DNA of 64,000 bases, taken from positions 62,001 through 126,000 of the forward strand of contig JAQGDQ010000096.1 of NCBI GenBank assembly GCA_030141605.1, given 5' to 3'. Positions within the stretch are counted from its first letter, which is position 1. Each line of letters begins with the position of its first letter. The notes under the pieces were generated by a model that ran no database searches, was not told where the DNA came from, and saw nothing but the letters and a program-made list of their open reading frames with translations. Origin of the DNA: Tubiluchus corallicola (Eukaryota; Animalia; Priapulida). This document shows positions 51,536 through 64,000 of this stretch, piece by piece. Made by a program: the position numbers and the translations under genes.

Positions 51536-54470
51536 CCTTCTAGTGCCTGAATAGAGGAAAATTTGATAAATGTTCTTTGTATTCATACTATTTGTTACTT
51601 TTTATACACATAATGTAACAATAAAGTTTCATAAAAATTGATGAAGCCCTTCTCAAAATGGCACAATGTTCCCATATAGGAACATGAGGCACTGCCACGC
51701 AAAGATAAAGATAATAGCTGTATTTTTAATTGTGTCACTTCTGTAAACCAATAGATTCAATGCAACTTCTGTGAGACTAACTAATGTTATTTAGGGTTTT
51801 CTAGTTGTTGAAAATTTCACTGCACCAAAATTTTGTAGACACATGCTGTACATCTACTGTCAGCTAATATAGCATATAAAAATCTTTTTCTAAAGCAAGC
51901 ACTTGCTGCAAATGGACAATGAGCAATTGTTTCAACTATAAACAATCAGTAACTAGACAATGGAAAGCGTATAAAAAATTTAGTTGTATTTATAACACTA
52001 CCAAGGCCATCACATGCCACAGTCTGCAAAGTGCAAGTGCAAGGTTTTTATTTTATGATTTTACAATGAATATTCAAGTTTTTACGGAAAACACAGGGCG
52101 ACACCAAGAATAGTACAAAGATTGCCTGAAGTTTTTAGAAGGTGATAATGTTGACGAAATTACAATACTTCCACCAGACACTGGTGATGCTACAGTGGAT
52201 AGTGTTGTTGAAGAAGATACAGATCTTGCAGAACCAGCAGGGCTGTTAAAAGTGCACGAAAACCTAAGCAATGAAGAGGATGTTGATGCAGATAAAGATA
52301 TAGAAGCAACAAATAGGTAGAGTCACGCATAAAAGCATGCATTTTCTCTTTCTATTGAGGATGTGCCAGTTGGAAATGTGGCTGAAAAATATCCACTTTT
52401 AGCACATATGTCACTTGATATGTCACCTTCAGAATTGTGGAACATTTTCTGGAATGATGACATGACAAACAGCATTATTAAGCAGACCATCCTCTATTCA
52501 AGAAGAGATAAGAATCACTTTGGATTAGAGATAAGAATAATGATCACACCTTTGGATTAGACCGAGCAAACTTGCAGCGATTTCTAGGTATCATGTTATT
52601 CTCTGGTTACCACACTGTGTCATCTGAGAGAAACTACTGGAGAAACCAAGTGGACACAGAAGTGCAATTTGTGAAGAAAGCAATGTCAAGGGACGCATTT
52701 TTGACTATAAAAAGTGTATTCATCTTGCTGATAATGGGAACTTGGAAAAGGGGAACAAAGTAGCAAAGTGCAGCCTGTCTATGACTCTTTGATTAAGAAT
52801 TTGTGTCAATTTGGAATTCTCCACAAATGCCTTAGTGTGGACGAAGCTATGGGACCTTACCGAGGACTGCACTCTACTAGACTGTACATTCGAGGAAATC
52901 CAATCAGATTTGGTTGTTGTGTGGAAGTGATGGCTTTCCGTATAAGATGGATGTATATAAGGGAAGCGTTCAGATGGTCATGAGAACAAAACCCCATTAG
53001 ATACACAAGTTGTAATGGATATGGTAGACATCATCATGCAACATTCAAACCTTCTGAATCACTTTATATATTTCGATAACTTCTTCACAAGCATCAGTCT
53101 GCTTACCCAACTTGCAGAAAAAAAATCAAAGCTACAGGAACTATTTGTTGTGTTCGTACAGGCGAGCAATTCAGCACCCAAAATCTGACAAAAAACTAAA
53201 GAGGTGTTGTCGTGGAGACTATGAATTTGTCAGTGATGGAAATATGTTTGTACTACGATGGCATGACAATGCCATTGTTTGTCTTGCTAGTAATCATGAG
53301 ACACAGGAGCCAGTAACATCTGGAAAATGACAGCAGAAGGGAGAGTTGCTGATGTTTAGATGCTAGGCATTATGAAGAAGTATAACAAAATAATGGGATG
53401 GGTAGATCTATTGGATCGTTTGTGTAGCAGCTACAGACCAGGAATCTGCCAGAAGATATGGTTGTGGCCATTATTCACTCATGCTCTAAATGTATCTGTT
53501 ATAGCTACATGGCGTCTTTACCAACTACTCCAGCCAGAATGAGGCATGTCTCATCTTGACTTTCACAGAGAAATAACAATTGTTCTGATGAAGACTGAAA
53601 TTGCAAATGACATCACTAGAAAACTCTGTAGTGGACGCCATTTCAATATGACCAACGACATACGTTACGGTGGCCATGGTCATGCATTAGCTGCTGTGTC
53701 ACAGGGTCGGTGTGTTGTTTGTCAGTGTAATACACGCAATAAATGCCAGAAATGTCAAGTACGACTACACTATTCGAAGGGGAAGAAATGCTTCAAGAAC
53801 TAACACACTAAATTGCAGGACTAAATAATATAGAAGTTGACGTTCTTGTAATTTTGCACAGTGTATTTTGTAGTAGAAAAGGTTATCAATTTTTATGTTG
53901 AAATCTGTATTACAAATCTTTGGTTTTCTAAAAACTTTTTGCACTTTATAGCTATTTTTATACTGTAACAACAAATCTACTTCATGAAAAGCCTTTGAAA
54001 TAAGTGATAAATAAAAGGGCAATAAATGTGCAAATATATGAAGTAACCCCACGTACGCTCGTTGTGAATAAAAAATTGTTGTTACAAAATTATGCACTGG
54101 AGTGTCTAATGTTCCCATGTGGGAGAACATACGTACTTGCTGTAGACCTCAGTCTTTTACAGTAGCAAATGTTGTCTGAATTTATTTAGCGTACATACAC
54201 CCAGATATGTTACCTGTGTGTACCAAAATATTTTTGTCTGAAGAATATGTTGTTGAAGAGTTATGAAAATTAGTTTCAAAAATGGTAAGAATAGACACAA
54301 ACAACTCACAAGGTATCGTTAAAAATTACAAAATGTTATCCTGAGCATATATGTAGAAACAGTGTTCTTGCTTAATAATTCAAGCTAGACTAACAACTTC
54401 TTCAGTTTGGAAAAAAATGACAGTACCTGGAACTTGATGTTCCCATATGGGAACACTAGGCACTAAAAGG
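51536..54470 (+). mobile_element. Full-length decayed piggyBac transposon (PGBD2/PGBD3-like)
   Basis: TTAA at 51532-51535; 13-bp TIR CCTTCTAGTGCCT (51536-51548) matches AGGCACTAAAAGG (54458-54470) with 1 mismatch; right TTAA at 54481-54484 after a 10-bp slippage duplication; internal transposase relic. Confidence 0.92.
52066..53803 (+). pseudogene. piggyBac DDD transposase pseudogene
   Basis: Fragments in shifting frames: ITILPPDTGDA, MSPSELW, FLGIMLFSGY...YW...AMSRDAF, LSVDEAM, YFDNFFTS, LRWHDN, YNKIMGWVDLLD, LDFHREI, C-terminal Cys-rich domain CVVC...CQKC...H...C; several stops and frameshifts. Confidence 0.92.
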
Positions 54471-54484
54471 TTATAAAAGGTTAA

Positions 54485-56170
54485 TAAATGTAGATGATTT
54501 CGGTTATGTGGTCACTTCTCACAAAAAGTCAAGACAAGTGGAAAGAGATGGTAATTAAATCAATGTATAAAGGTGGAGGATCTGAAAGAGAATTAAGAAA
54601 TAGGCGTGGCATATTTTTGACTTCTGTTATTAGTAAACTATATGAAAAAATGCTCATTAAAGGAAGCATAGCCGTATTAGAAAGTAACATAAGCAATTTA
54701 CAATGTGGGAGACGGAGAAATAGAGGCACATCTGACCACGTTTTCACACTCAAGGCATTATTAGATTATAATAAGATGATGAAATCAGAAATGTATCTTT
54801 TATTTGGAGATGTGGAGAAATGTTTTGATCGGTTATGATTAAAAGATTGTATTTACGAATTATGGAAATTAGGTTTTCACTCGCGCGATTCCTTTTTAAG
54901 GTAAAAATTAAATAGTGAAGCCAGTGCTGTAATTAATACGCCTATTGGATTCACAGAAAATATTAAATTAATTGAAAATGTCAGACAAGGCACACCCATT
55001 GAACCAGTACTATGCGGTATTTGAATGAATAACATTATAGAAATACAAAGGCACCGCGTTACTTTGTTAGGTCCAGATTTACAAATAGGTACACTGTTAT
55101 ATGTAGACGATGTTTTATCTGCCGGCAGTGCAAAATAAGCAAAACTGTTGGGAATTTTAGAGAGATAGAAACTCAAAAAACGCTGTCATTTAATTTAAAA
55201 AAAAACAAAGTATATGGTGACTAATATGACAAAAAACAATATACAAAAGAATCAGTACAGAACCTAAAGAATGGAAAAATAAAAAAACAAATGAATATAA
55301 ATATCTAAAAATAAGTATCATCTGATGTGTGAAAATGGAGAGATAAAAATGAAATTTGATATATCTGAGGTGTTGGCTATTGGTAGTGAAACAAAAGTAG
55401 GTTTTTCTGTAACAGCAGTACGTTTAATATTATACGAAAATATGGTTGTTCCCTCTTTAACAAATAATAGTGAGACTTGGGCTAACCTCGCTTAAATAGA
55501 AGTAGATATGTTTGAGAGTATTCAGAGAGACGCATTATCAAAATCTTGTGCTAAAAAACAGTATGTGGGGCAGGCTAACTGAAACGCAGGCATGGCCTAT
55601 GTTATGTAGAATATAAAAAATTACGTACTATCACTTATTAATAAATTCAAAAGATGAAATGTTGGCTAAGCAGGTTTTAAGAGTACAAATAAGTAACAAT
55701 TTTATAAATGTTGGTACTCTGGAATTAAGGATATTATGATCAAATACAAAATTGACCTAAATGTAGTTGACATAAATTCAGTCAAAAAGTCTAAATGGAA
55801 GAAATATATAAAAAGCGAAATTAATGTATTTATCAAAAATGAACTTAAAATTAAAACAGAGTACATGAAAAAATTTAGATCTCTAAAAAACAACAGTTTT
55901 CAAAGGTCTTTTACACGAGATGAAAGAAATTATGGCTATAGGGTTGAACATGACTGATTTAAAGCAAATTTTAAAAACTCGTATAAAGAAGATTTGAAAT
56001 GTTCATTCTGTCATTTTGTAAATGATAATACAGAACATATGTTAGAATGTAGGTCAATATACATTAATAAATGTTGATTATCTGTGCAAGATATTAGTGA
56101 TACCCACATATATAAATTAAGAAAAGTTCGACTGTATGTCACAGAGCTCTTGCAGCTAAAAGTGTAATGA
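54485..56170 (+). mobile_element. 5'-truncated, decayed non-LTR retrotransposon (RT plus C-terminal zinc knuckle)
   Basis: RGIFLTSVISKLYEK, QCGRRRNRGTSDHVFTL, LLFGDVEKCFDRL, VRQGTPIEP, LLYVDDV, and CSFC...EHMLEC near 56000-56050; stops and frameshifts. Confidence 0.88.
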
Positions 56171-57775
56171 AAGACGAGTAAACAGTGACAGTAATCGTTG
56201 ATTAGTGGAAAAGAAATTTATGTGTACAAAATACGTGTTTTTGATCTTGCAAACTGGCACTTTTTATTGAAGTCAGTTTGGTCGCCGTTTGGTGAAGAGG
56301 ATCGTGTGTATCCGCGGTAAGACTCCCTCGAAAATAATATTAGTACATTGTAATTCCTGGTGGTTTTTGTACCCTTTTTCTTACACCTTTAAGGTAAGCT
56401 ACAGTAATAATCTGAAACATGTTTTTCTTTTCTTTAAATTGGCGGATTTTGTAATTCAGTGCAAAAATTGTTTAAGTATATAAATCACACAGAGCATTAT
56501 GGGATATGTCAATGTATAGTATTTAATATACACTTTGAATCTAGAAATGTCACTTAACTCCAACAAGCAGTAATTGTTGCACACAAGACATATATAATGT
56601 AAATTTTCCAAAAAAAGCAAGTTTAGTTCAACATTTAGCTCAAAATTCAGAAGAAATTTAATTTTGGGAGTCCACCTTATGGCGCGCACTGTGAATGTAT
56701 GATGAAAGTCGTCGATGTTCGATTTTCGCCTTTTCTGAATTGCTTGATAAATCTTAACAACAATCTGTGCTTATTGTTATACTTCCTTACCATCCATCAA
56801 GCTGACCGTTTTGAAAAGCATATGTGTTACACAGTTGTCTCAGTGTGTCACAACATGATGAAAATACTATTTATGTTCATTTTTGAAAAAGCTAAGAAAA
56901 TTTTAATGGCACAGTGACTTGGTCAGGTATATATTTCAAACTTAAACTACTAAACTGTACTAATAACAAGAAAATCACACTAAAGCAAAACAATTTAGCA
57001 AAGCTTGACGGGAGGTGAATGGGAGGTTAAATGAAACTTAAATACACAAATATCAAAACTGCACCTAAACTGTTTATTTCTATAAATACAAAAGTTTTAC
57101 AGAAAATACAAAACTTCCATCGACAATGTAAGCCTAGAAAACATGGGTCCCCTAACATGGTCGACACGACAGCTGTATACATGATGCAGTTGCACTTTCA
57201 TCATATGCAGTTATCATTATAAACTCAAAATTTTATGATCATAACATACAGCAACTAAAAATGCATCGTTGTTATCATGTAATAGCAATAATATCCATAC
57301 TAATGACTGACTAATGTCAGGGGACACAATAATGATTATAAACAATTATTTAAGTTAGTACATATCTAAGAAATGGCCTTCCAAAACATATTATGCAGCA
57401 CACCTGAAACTTGCATAAGGATTAGTAATTCATTCCGATTAGTCTCTTACAAACGCACAACTCACACAACACAAGAAAACTGCTGCTAGGCATTTCAAAG
57501 GAATTTTAGTATTTGGCACCATGAACATGGATGACACAAATTTGGACCAGCTCCACTAACACTTGATTATTTAACCATACATATCCGCTCACGTACCAAG
57601 CATAATTTATAAACTTCAATAACAATCACAAATGCTAATATAGGTGCTACAAGTTTAAAGAGGACATGTCTACACTGTAAAACGAATATTACACAATATT
57701 GTGTGGGGTTACTTGCATTGCTTCAATTCTACATAGTATCAGATAAGCTAACACACGTCAGCCAAACTTGCCATC

Positions 57776-58293
57776 CAGTGGCGGCTCGTAGCTAAGATGA
57801 GTGGGCGTACTGCTTCGGAACAATTTTACCATTGTTCAAATAGTGTGTAAAATGCATATTACTCAATACAAGGATGCCATGACTAAATAATTTACATTTT
57901 CTATAAAATAAAAGAACTGAAAAACTAAGAATTAAATAGAATAGCTGGAAGAATGATAATCATCTAATTCTACACTTTATCACATTTAAGAATATGGTAC
58001 GCGATTTTTAAGCACAACACACGCTGAGTCAAAAAGGAACACTACCTGCGTGAACGACAGTGCTGTCTCTACCTAGCATGCAGCTTCGTATTTCAGACAT
58101 GTACACATGGCCGTATGTGCACACAACAGCTGAACACCGTATTGCTGGAACTGTGGAGCACACAAATTTGTCATGTGCTCAGGGTCCATACAAGGAATTA
58201 TAAGTACGTACAAGTGTAAATAACTAAAGAAAACAGAAAGCAGAAAATAGGGGGTGTTGCAGTTCCACAGTGGCTATACATGAGCCGCCACTG
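57776..58293. mobile_element. hAT-like MITE
   Basis: Perfect 12-bp TIRs CAGTGGCGGCTC / GAGCCGCCACTG; degenerate 8-bp flanks TTGCCATC / TTGTTATA. Confidence 0.8.
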
Positions 58294-58876
58294 TTGTTAT
58301 AACGAACATTCACATAGCTGCAAACATGTCTATATTCACCAATTCTAAAATAAATCTTTTAACCATCAGCTCACAGGCACTGAGACATTGAGTACAAATT
58401 AAAAATGTTGAGTAACCGTCAAAATGGCACAACTTTAACAACACTATTTAACAGCACAATTTGCAATAATTCAAGTTGCTTTTTGTTACATTTAAGATTT
58501 GTACAATTTTGTGTAAAATAAATAATAACGACAACAGTACTAACCTTCACCATGATCTTGTAATTATCCATATGATTTATTAATAAATAACTATAATTAG
58601 ACTATAAAGTCACAAATGTTAACAGCTAAAAATGTTGATATAGTTTGTGAAATATTATGCAATAAAACAGTAAAAACCAGATGAATGTGGGACATTTAAA
58701 AAGTGCAGTGCATCATAATAAAAAATCAAATATTTTACAGAGTTTACATTGAGCCACAACAATAAAACATTTGTAGAATAATGCAAAGCTGCTAAATGAA
58801 TATTTGTAAAAACAAGTTTTTGGCACAAATTTTAGTTGCTAAATGATGAGAAGAAAACAAAAAGCAATTAGAATGT

Positions 58877-59019
58877 TTAAACATCATTGTCATTGGATTC
58901 GAAGTAGCGTAGTCTGTTTGCCACTATACCTACTGGTGTTTGTAAGCTAAACCAGCCATCTGGTCCAAGATCTACGGTATAACGGTAACATACAGGCATA
59001 CTCTGAGATCTCCTATAAG
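58877..59019 (-). CDS. MPRIP: MPRIP-like terminal exon
   Basis: YRRSQSMPVCYRYTVDLGPDGWFSLQTPVGIVANRLRYFESNDNDV stop. Confidence 0.8.
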
Positions 59020-62000
59020 CTAGAAAATGAAAATAAACAGTACACTGCACATAATAACATCAAATTAGTACTCTAACTAGCGGTTAGTGGTTAAAAACAT
59101 GACCAAAGTTTATTAGCAACTGTTATTGTTATTATAAATGTTGTTATTATTGTTGTTGCCATTGTTGTCACTGTTTACCTATCTATTAAAATTAGTCATT
59201 ACTTCAAGAGTGCAGTGCAAATCTTTTCAGAAAGTCTAGTTGCATTAGTAACATGCATATTGTACATTAAGCAACCATAAACAAAATGAAGCAATTCATG
59301 CACTTCTAAGAAAATATGTCTAGGTATTACTTGTGTTCTGCTAAAATGCTTTTTTTCTTTCTCATATGTGTAAAATCATGGGCAAGCAGGAAATCACAAA
59401 AACACACTATTGATTCGTTATAGATAGAATCTTTGTATGCGATGATTAGCTGTATTAAGTTCGAAATATATTAATTAAAGTTTATTATTAGATTATTAAT
59501 TTGAAATTTATTAAAATAGCACTCTATGTAATAGAGAAAAATAATAAAACAACTAATGCACAAACTCACATTTAGTTCGCAGAGTGAAGGGTCGCTTGAA
59601 ATCATCTGGTGTAGAAGATGCAGGAGTGCCATCCTCATTTGTTGCAATATCATCTAAGAACAAATTATATGGCACAATAGAAGGCTATTTTGAAGAGACT
59701 TTTTTACTTTAACTCTGACATGGAAAAATACTTTCAATAATGTATCGATGCACAGTCTTGATTTAATTAATATAGGTATTGAATTGTGAAAGCAGCTATA
59801 ACTTGTCCAACTGTTTATGTAAGTGGAAAGGCAATATAAAACACAAAATACATAAAAATAGCCACTTAGTTTTCATTAGGTGTTATAGAAAATTCCATTT
59901 TTTCTTTATATTTTTCTTTAAATTCTTACGTAAATTTAGACAATATCTTTAGCAACACATTACCATAAAAAAGTAGAATAAATGTTTCTTATTTTCCTAC
60001 CATTTGGTGAAGAACTAAATCGTCTGGTCCTTTCTCTACTTCTAGGACGGTGAGAACCAAATTCGGCTATCCTTTTATTAAGTTTCTCCAGCTGCTCTTC
60101 TTTATCTTTCTTTTCCTTTTCCAGCTCACGACATATTTCATCATGCCTTTCCTTATCCTTTTCATACTCCTGTAAACAGATTTACACCTAACATTACGGA
60201 ATCTGGTTTAGCAAAATTCACCTTTCTTTTAGTTCTTTTCACTTTTACTTTTAAGCAGTTTAAAACAATTTCAACACGAAGCACTTAATACACAAAAGGT
60301 GAGAATCACAAACTGGGTATTTGTCATGCAAAGGGAAGTAACTGCACTGAGTTCTTCACTATTATTAATCTTGCTAAAATTCACTGCAGACAACATAGAC
60401 TAATATACTTAATGAATAACTACACATATCAAAAAATACATAGACGTTATGCATACAAGTGTCCATCTGACTAAATGTGCACTTTAGCATGTGCTGTATT
60501 ATACTTTACCAGGCAACACGAAGAGTTCAAAAGAAGAACAGAACACCTCCAACTTGGCAATTTGTAAATCATTTGTAAGATAAATTAAAACTGAACTAGT
60601 GTTAATGTCATTATTAAATTAAATATATAAATTGCAGATAAAATATATCTAAAACACATTTAAATCATAAACAGACAGGAAACAACTGGCATGTTAGTCA
60701 TAAAATATTAAAGTTTTGTTGATAACATTAGACATAAAATAAACTTTTTCAAAACAAGCATATCTTTTTTATTGTAAAACATGGACATTCTTCCACAAAA
60801 CTTCATTTGAGGAGGAACCTTGACGATACTTATTCTAGCATAAGTCATATAATAATAATTTGCTGTACTGAAACTGTTTCACTTTTCTATACTGTTGATA
60901 AGTTTTAAGTAAAAAGTGATAAGATCAAAAAATTTCTGCAAATAGCTCCATGTTATTAAATGCTTTTTTCAGTTGTGTAGACATTATTTTCAATTTTACC
61001 TGCTGCGCATCGTTAAGGCGAGTTTTTAATAAAGAAATTTCTACTTTATGATTCTCTACTTCAGCTTCTTTTTCTCTAAGGCTGGCCTAAAAAATAAAAA
61101 TAAATACTTTAGACGCATCGTTTGAAGAATAATTAATTAGAATTAATTTAAATAATTCTAAAGCTAAGAAAGTATTGCTACAAACGTTGCCTGAAAAACA
61201 GTAATTAATTAATAGCAAATTTCTTAAAGGGGAAAATGTCCTGATCAGTTTCTGATAGATCAGAGGCAAACCAAGAATAATTTGTTAAAATCAGATTATC
61301 TATAATCAATGCATGCAACAGTAAGCTTAGTGGACTTGGTATAATATAGCCATCAACACTGCTTCAGTTTACCCGAATAAACATATTTTCATAAGTAAAC
61401 ACTTCATTAGATCAAATAAAACAAAAGAATTGGTAAGTTAATACAAAAACAGAAGGCATTTCACAAAGTGCTACATTTTAAATTATAAAATAGCTTGCAA
61501 ATGAAATGGATGGTTTCTGGTAATCTCATATGATACGTAGTATATAGTGTAGTATGTGTACACATGGCTAAAAAGCCTATCTCTATTCAGTGTTTCATGT
61601 CAGACAATTGACATTGATGATTAGCTTGATTGTTCAATAGCATTAATAGCATTGCATTAAACAGTGCATTCTGGCTTGCAGTGTGATGAACTCGTATAAA
61701 AACACAACAATGGCAGCAAGGCAACATAAAGTCAAACTTTACTTAAAATAAAAAACAACAACAGACATATGGTACCTGAAGAGTATGATAATCTTCTGCA
61801 GATGTGCTAGTGTCGGCACCGGTTTCAGTCTGTCCGCTGTTTTTTTTAATGGAAATTCGACGACGTAACTCTTGATTAGCAACTTGCAAATCCTGCAAAC
61901 AATAAATGCGGAAAGTGAGGCGTTTTAAAAAGAACTTAAAATATGCTATTTACACACAAGTTTACCCTTAAGCCAAACAGTGCTTTTTATATAAGCCTCA

Positions 62001-63925
62001 CCACTGGTATGGTGTGCTCTTTCAACCCAACAACACAAAAAGCAGTGCTTTTTAAAGATATAATAATATATCTATATATATACCTGTAGTGCATTTTACT
62101 TCATTTGTATGAATAAGGTTTTAATGTGTAAGAGAACAACTGCGTAAATCTTTCTGCAAGTAATTTGAATTGTTTCACACTGAACTGCCTCACAGAAGAA
62201 TTTAACAGCTGAAGCTTGTATATGAATACAAATATTAAGTATTGAGTTGACTGGTAATATATGTATACAACGTTTCTCAGTGCTGCAGTGTATCTGGTGT
62301 GTATATACAACACAGATAATTTACAAATTACAACTGATTAACTGATCAACTAATACCTGCATATCAGAGGTCAAACGATGAAGGAGCACTTCCCTTAAAC
62401 TCTATACACGACTAAAGAATACTAAATTGTTCCCTTCTCTTCATTATGTCTTCAGACTTACAAAATGGAGAGCAAAGCAGATGATCGTGTTACTTATTAT
62501 TTGGTAAAATTGAATCGCAGAAAATCAAGTTCACAAAAATGCAATATATTCAAACCTGCAGACGCTGAGTTTGAGACGCTAAGCTTTCGGCAAGAGATGC
62601 ATTTTCCAAACACTTAATTGAGTACTGTTCTGATAAAAGCCTGACTTCATCTTCCATTGCTTCTAATTTCTCTCTGTAAATAGGCTTAGCTATTTAAATA
62701 ACATGCATAGGACTCAATGTCATTAAAGTATAATCAATAGTTAGGACAGAACACGCACACAAGTTGCAAATATGTCATACTAATATGTTTATTTACCACT
62801 TGATCGGCATTGCGCCTTTCTTGGGGGAGAGGGTTACTGATGATGTAACAGTTTTTCATAGGTATTTAGTAAAACGAAGGTCTAGATTTGGACAACTCAG
62901 TTATGTGAAAGGAATTGTTTCATATTAACATAAATATCATAATCACAAAAAATTTCAAGCAATTTGAGCCATAGCCATGAGTTTCAAAGAATTCAGTTTG
63001 AGCTACCATTGTAATTAAAATTGCCCGAATTTCACACGAGAACATTTTGTTTCTTTAGTTTCATAGACAGGTATGACTCACAAAGGCAGACATGATCCAC
63101 AAACATGAACTTAATCTACAAAGGCAAATATGAACCACAAAGGTGGATGTATCACATGACCATGAAAAGCAGATGATCCACAAACAAAGCAAAAATACCA
63201 ATGCATTTTTTCAAGGTGACATACTTATTATACAATTATACAATTACACCTATTTATACAATTTATTATTTTTTCCAACGAAACACGAATTAATAAAATC
63301 AATTTTCTGAACTGCACAAATTCACCTAGTGTAGTAATCAAACAGCAGCCAACAGATGAAAAACATAAATTCTCAGTAGTAACAAGAAATAACTCTAACA
63401 ATCAAAATTCACTAATAATAGCTATCATGATGCATTACTTACTCATGAATAGAGGAATTTGCTGAAACTATCTCCTGCTCATACTGACGTTTAAAAACTT
63501 CAATTTGCTTGACTAATTCTTCTTGGTGCTCTCTTTTAATAGCATCCAATGCTGTTTGAAAAAACAACAGAAAATAACGAGCGCTATTAATTAAATTGAT
63601 TTGTTATGAGGAGGTGTTTTGCAATCATGAAAATTAAAAATATAGCATACTCGAATAAAGTTTGCAATGTAATAGCAGTTGCTGAATTTGACCATTTGAA
63701 AATAAATTACAATTACTTATCGCTATCATTGCAATAATTATTATATAATGCGAATGCAGAACATTCTATCATTTTACCAGATCGAGTAGCTGCCGTTTCC
63801 TCAGCTAATGCTTTGGCATGATCCCGTTTTAATTCCTCGATTTCCTGATGATGTCGATCTCTTATTTCCTGAATAAGCTGCCGATGTGATACTTGTAAGG
63901 CTGTAGAACCTTTTTCAGTCATTTC
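58877..63925 (-). CDS. MPRIP: MPRIP/TRIOBP/outspread-like coiled-coil protein, 5'-partial spliced gene
   Basis: Phase-compatible exons 63925-63778, 63551-63443, 62673-62556, 61892-61776, 61086-61000, 60169-60001, 59653-59570, 59019-58877 (TAA). Family motifs LAEETAAT, LSEQYSxKCLENA, LRxKExE, C-terminal VxxRLxxFES. Confidence 0.88.
59570..59653 (-). CDS. MPRIP: MPRIP-like exon
   Basis: DIATNEDGTPASSTPDDFKRPFTLRTK; phase 1-1, tcttag and gtgagt sites. Confidence 0.78.
60001..60169 (-). CDS. MPRIP: MPRIP-like exon
   Basis: EYEKDKERHDEICRELEKEKKDKEEQLEKLNKRIAEFGSHRPRSRERTRRFSSSPN. Confidence 0.85.
61000..61086 (-). CDS. MPRIP: MPRIP-like exon
   Basis: ASLREKEAEVENHKVEISLLKTRLNDAQQ. Confidence 0.87.
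61776..61892 (-). CDS. MPRIP: MPRIP-like exon
   Basis: DLQVANQELRRRISIKKNSGQTETGADTSTSAEDYHTLQ. Confidence 0.85.
62556..62673 (-). CDS. MPRIP: MPRIP-like exon
   Basis: EKLEAMEDEVRLLSEQYSIKCLENASLAESLASQTQRLQ. Confidence 0.9.
63443..63551 (-). CDS. MPRIP: MPRIP-like exon
   Basis: LDAIKREHQEELVKQIEVFKRQYEQEIVSANSSIH. Confidence 0.88.
63778..63925 (-). CDS. MPRIP: MPRIP-like exon
   Basis: EMTEKGSTALQVSHRQLIQEIRDRHHQEIEELKRDHAKALAEETAATRS. Confidence 0.9.
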
Positions 63926-64000
63926 CTATATCAAACACAGTATCTTATTAAAATGAATGTGACTAAATAAACATTTCATGGATTATAAGATTTGCATTAA

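Noticed and set aside
52066-53803. Domesticated PGBD gene or exon-trap fusion like CSB-PGBD3
   Set aside because: Many stops and frameshifts, and the element is antisense to both flanking genes and apparently intergenic.

Overview
AT-rich, intron-rich animal (probably invertebrate) genomic DNA; no prokaryotic features. Three spliced genes were reconstructed by hand from GT-AG boundaries and exon phase: (1) the 3' part of a GPSM1/2 (AGS3/LGN/Pins) gene on + (13 exons in the window, 3021-25853; TPR repeats, RRISME phospho-linker, four GoLoco motifs); (2) a complete SCAI gene on - (14 exons, 50587-29095, about 568 aa), convergent with GPSM; (3) the 3' part of an MPRIP/TRIOBP/outspread-like coiled-coil gene on - (63925-58877). 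A full-length but decayed PGBD3-like piggyBac (TTAA sites, 13-bp TIRs, three palindromes) and an adjacent LINE RT relic lie between SCAI and the MPRIP-like gene. Introns carry hAT-, pogo/Tigger- and Harbinger-like MITEs, further LINE relics and several minisatellites. The most unusual items are two large intronic arrays (38-bp hairpin units carrying a GTGAGT donor consensus in GPSM; a 24/20-bp two-unit array in SCAI) that share a GTTGAAGTGA core in host-gene sense orientation, and a frame-preserving Ser/Asp-rich candidate cassette exon in SCAI. I cannot support a claim of a clearly new biological system; the findings are testable candidates. All family calls rest on motif recall, not database searches.
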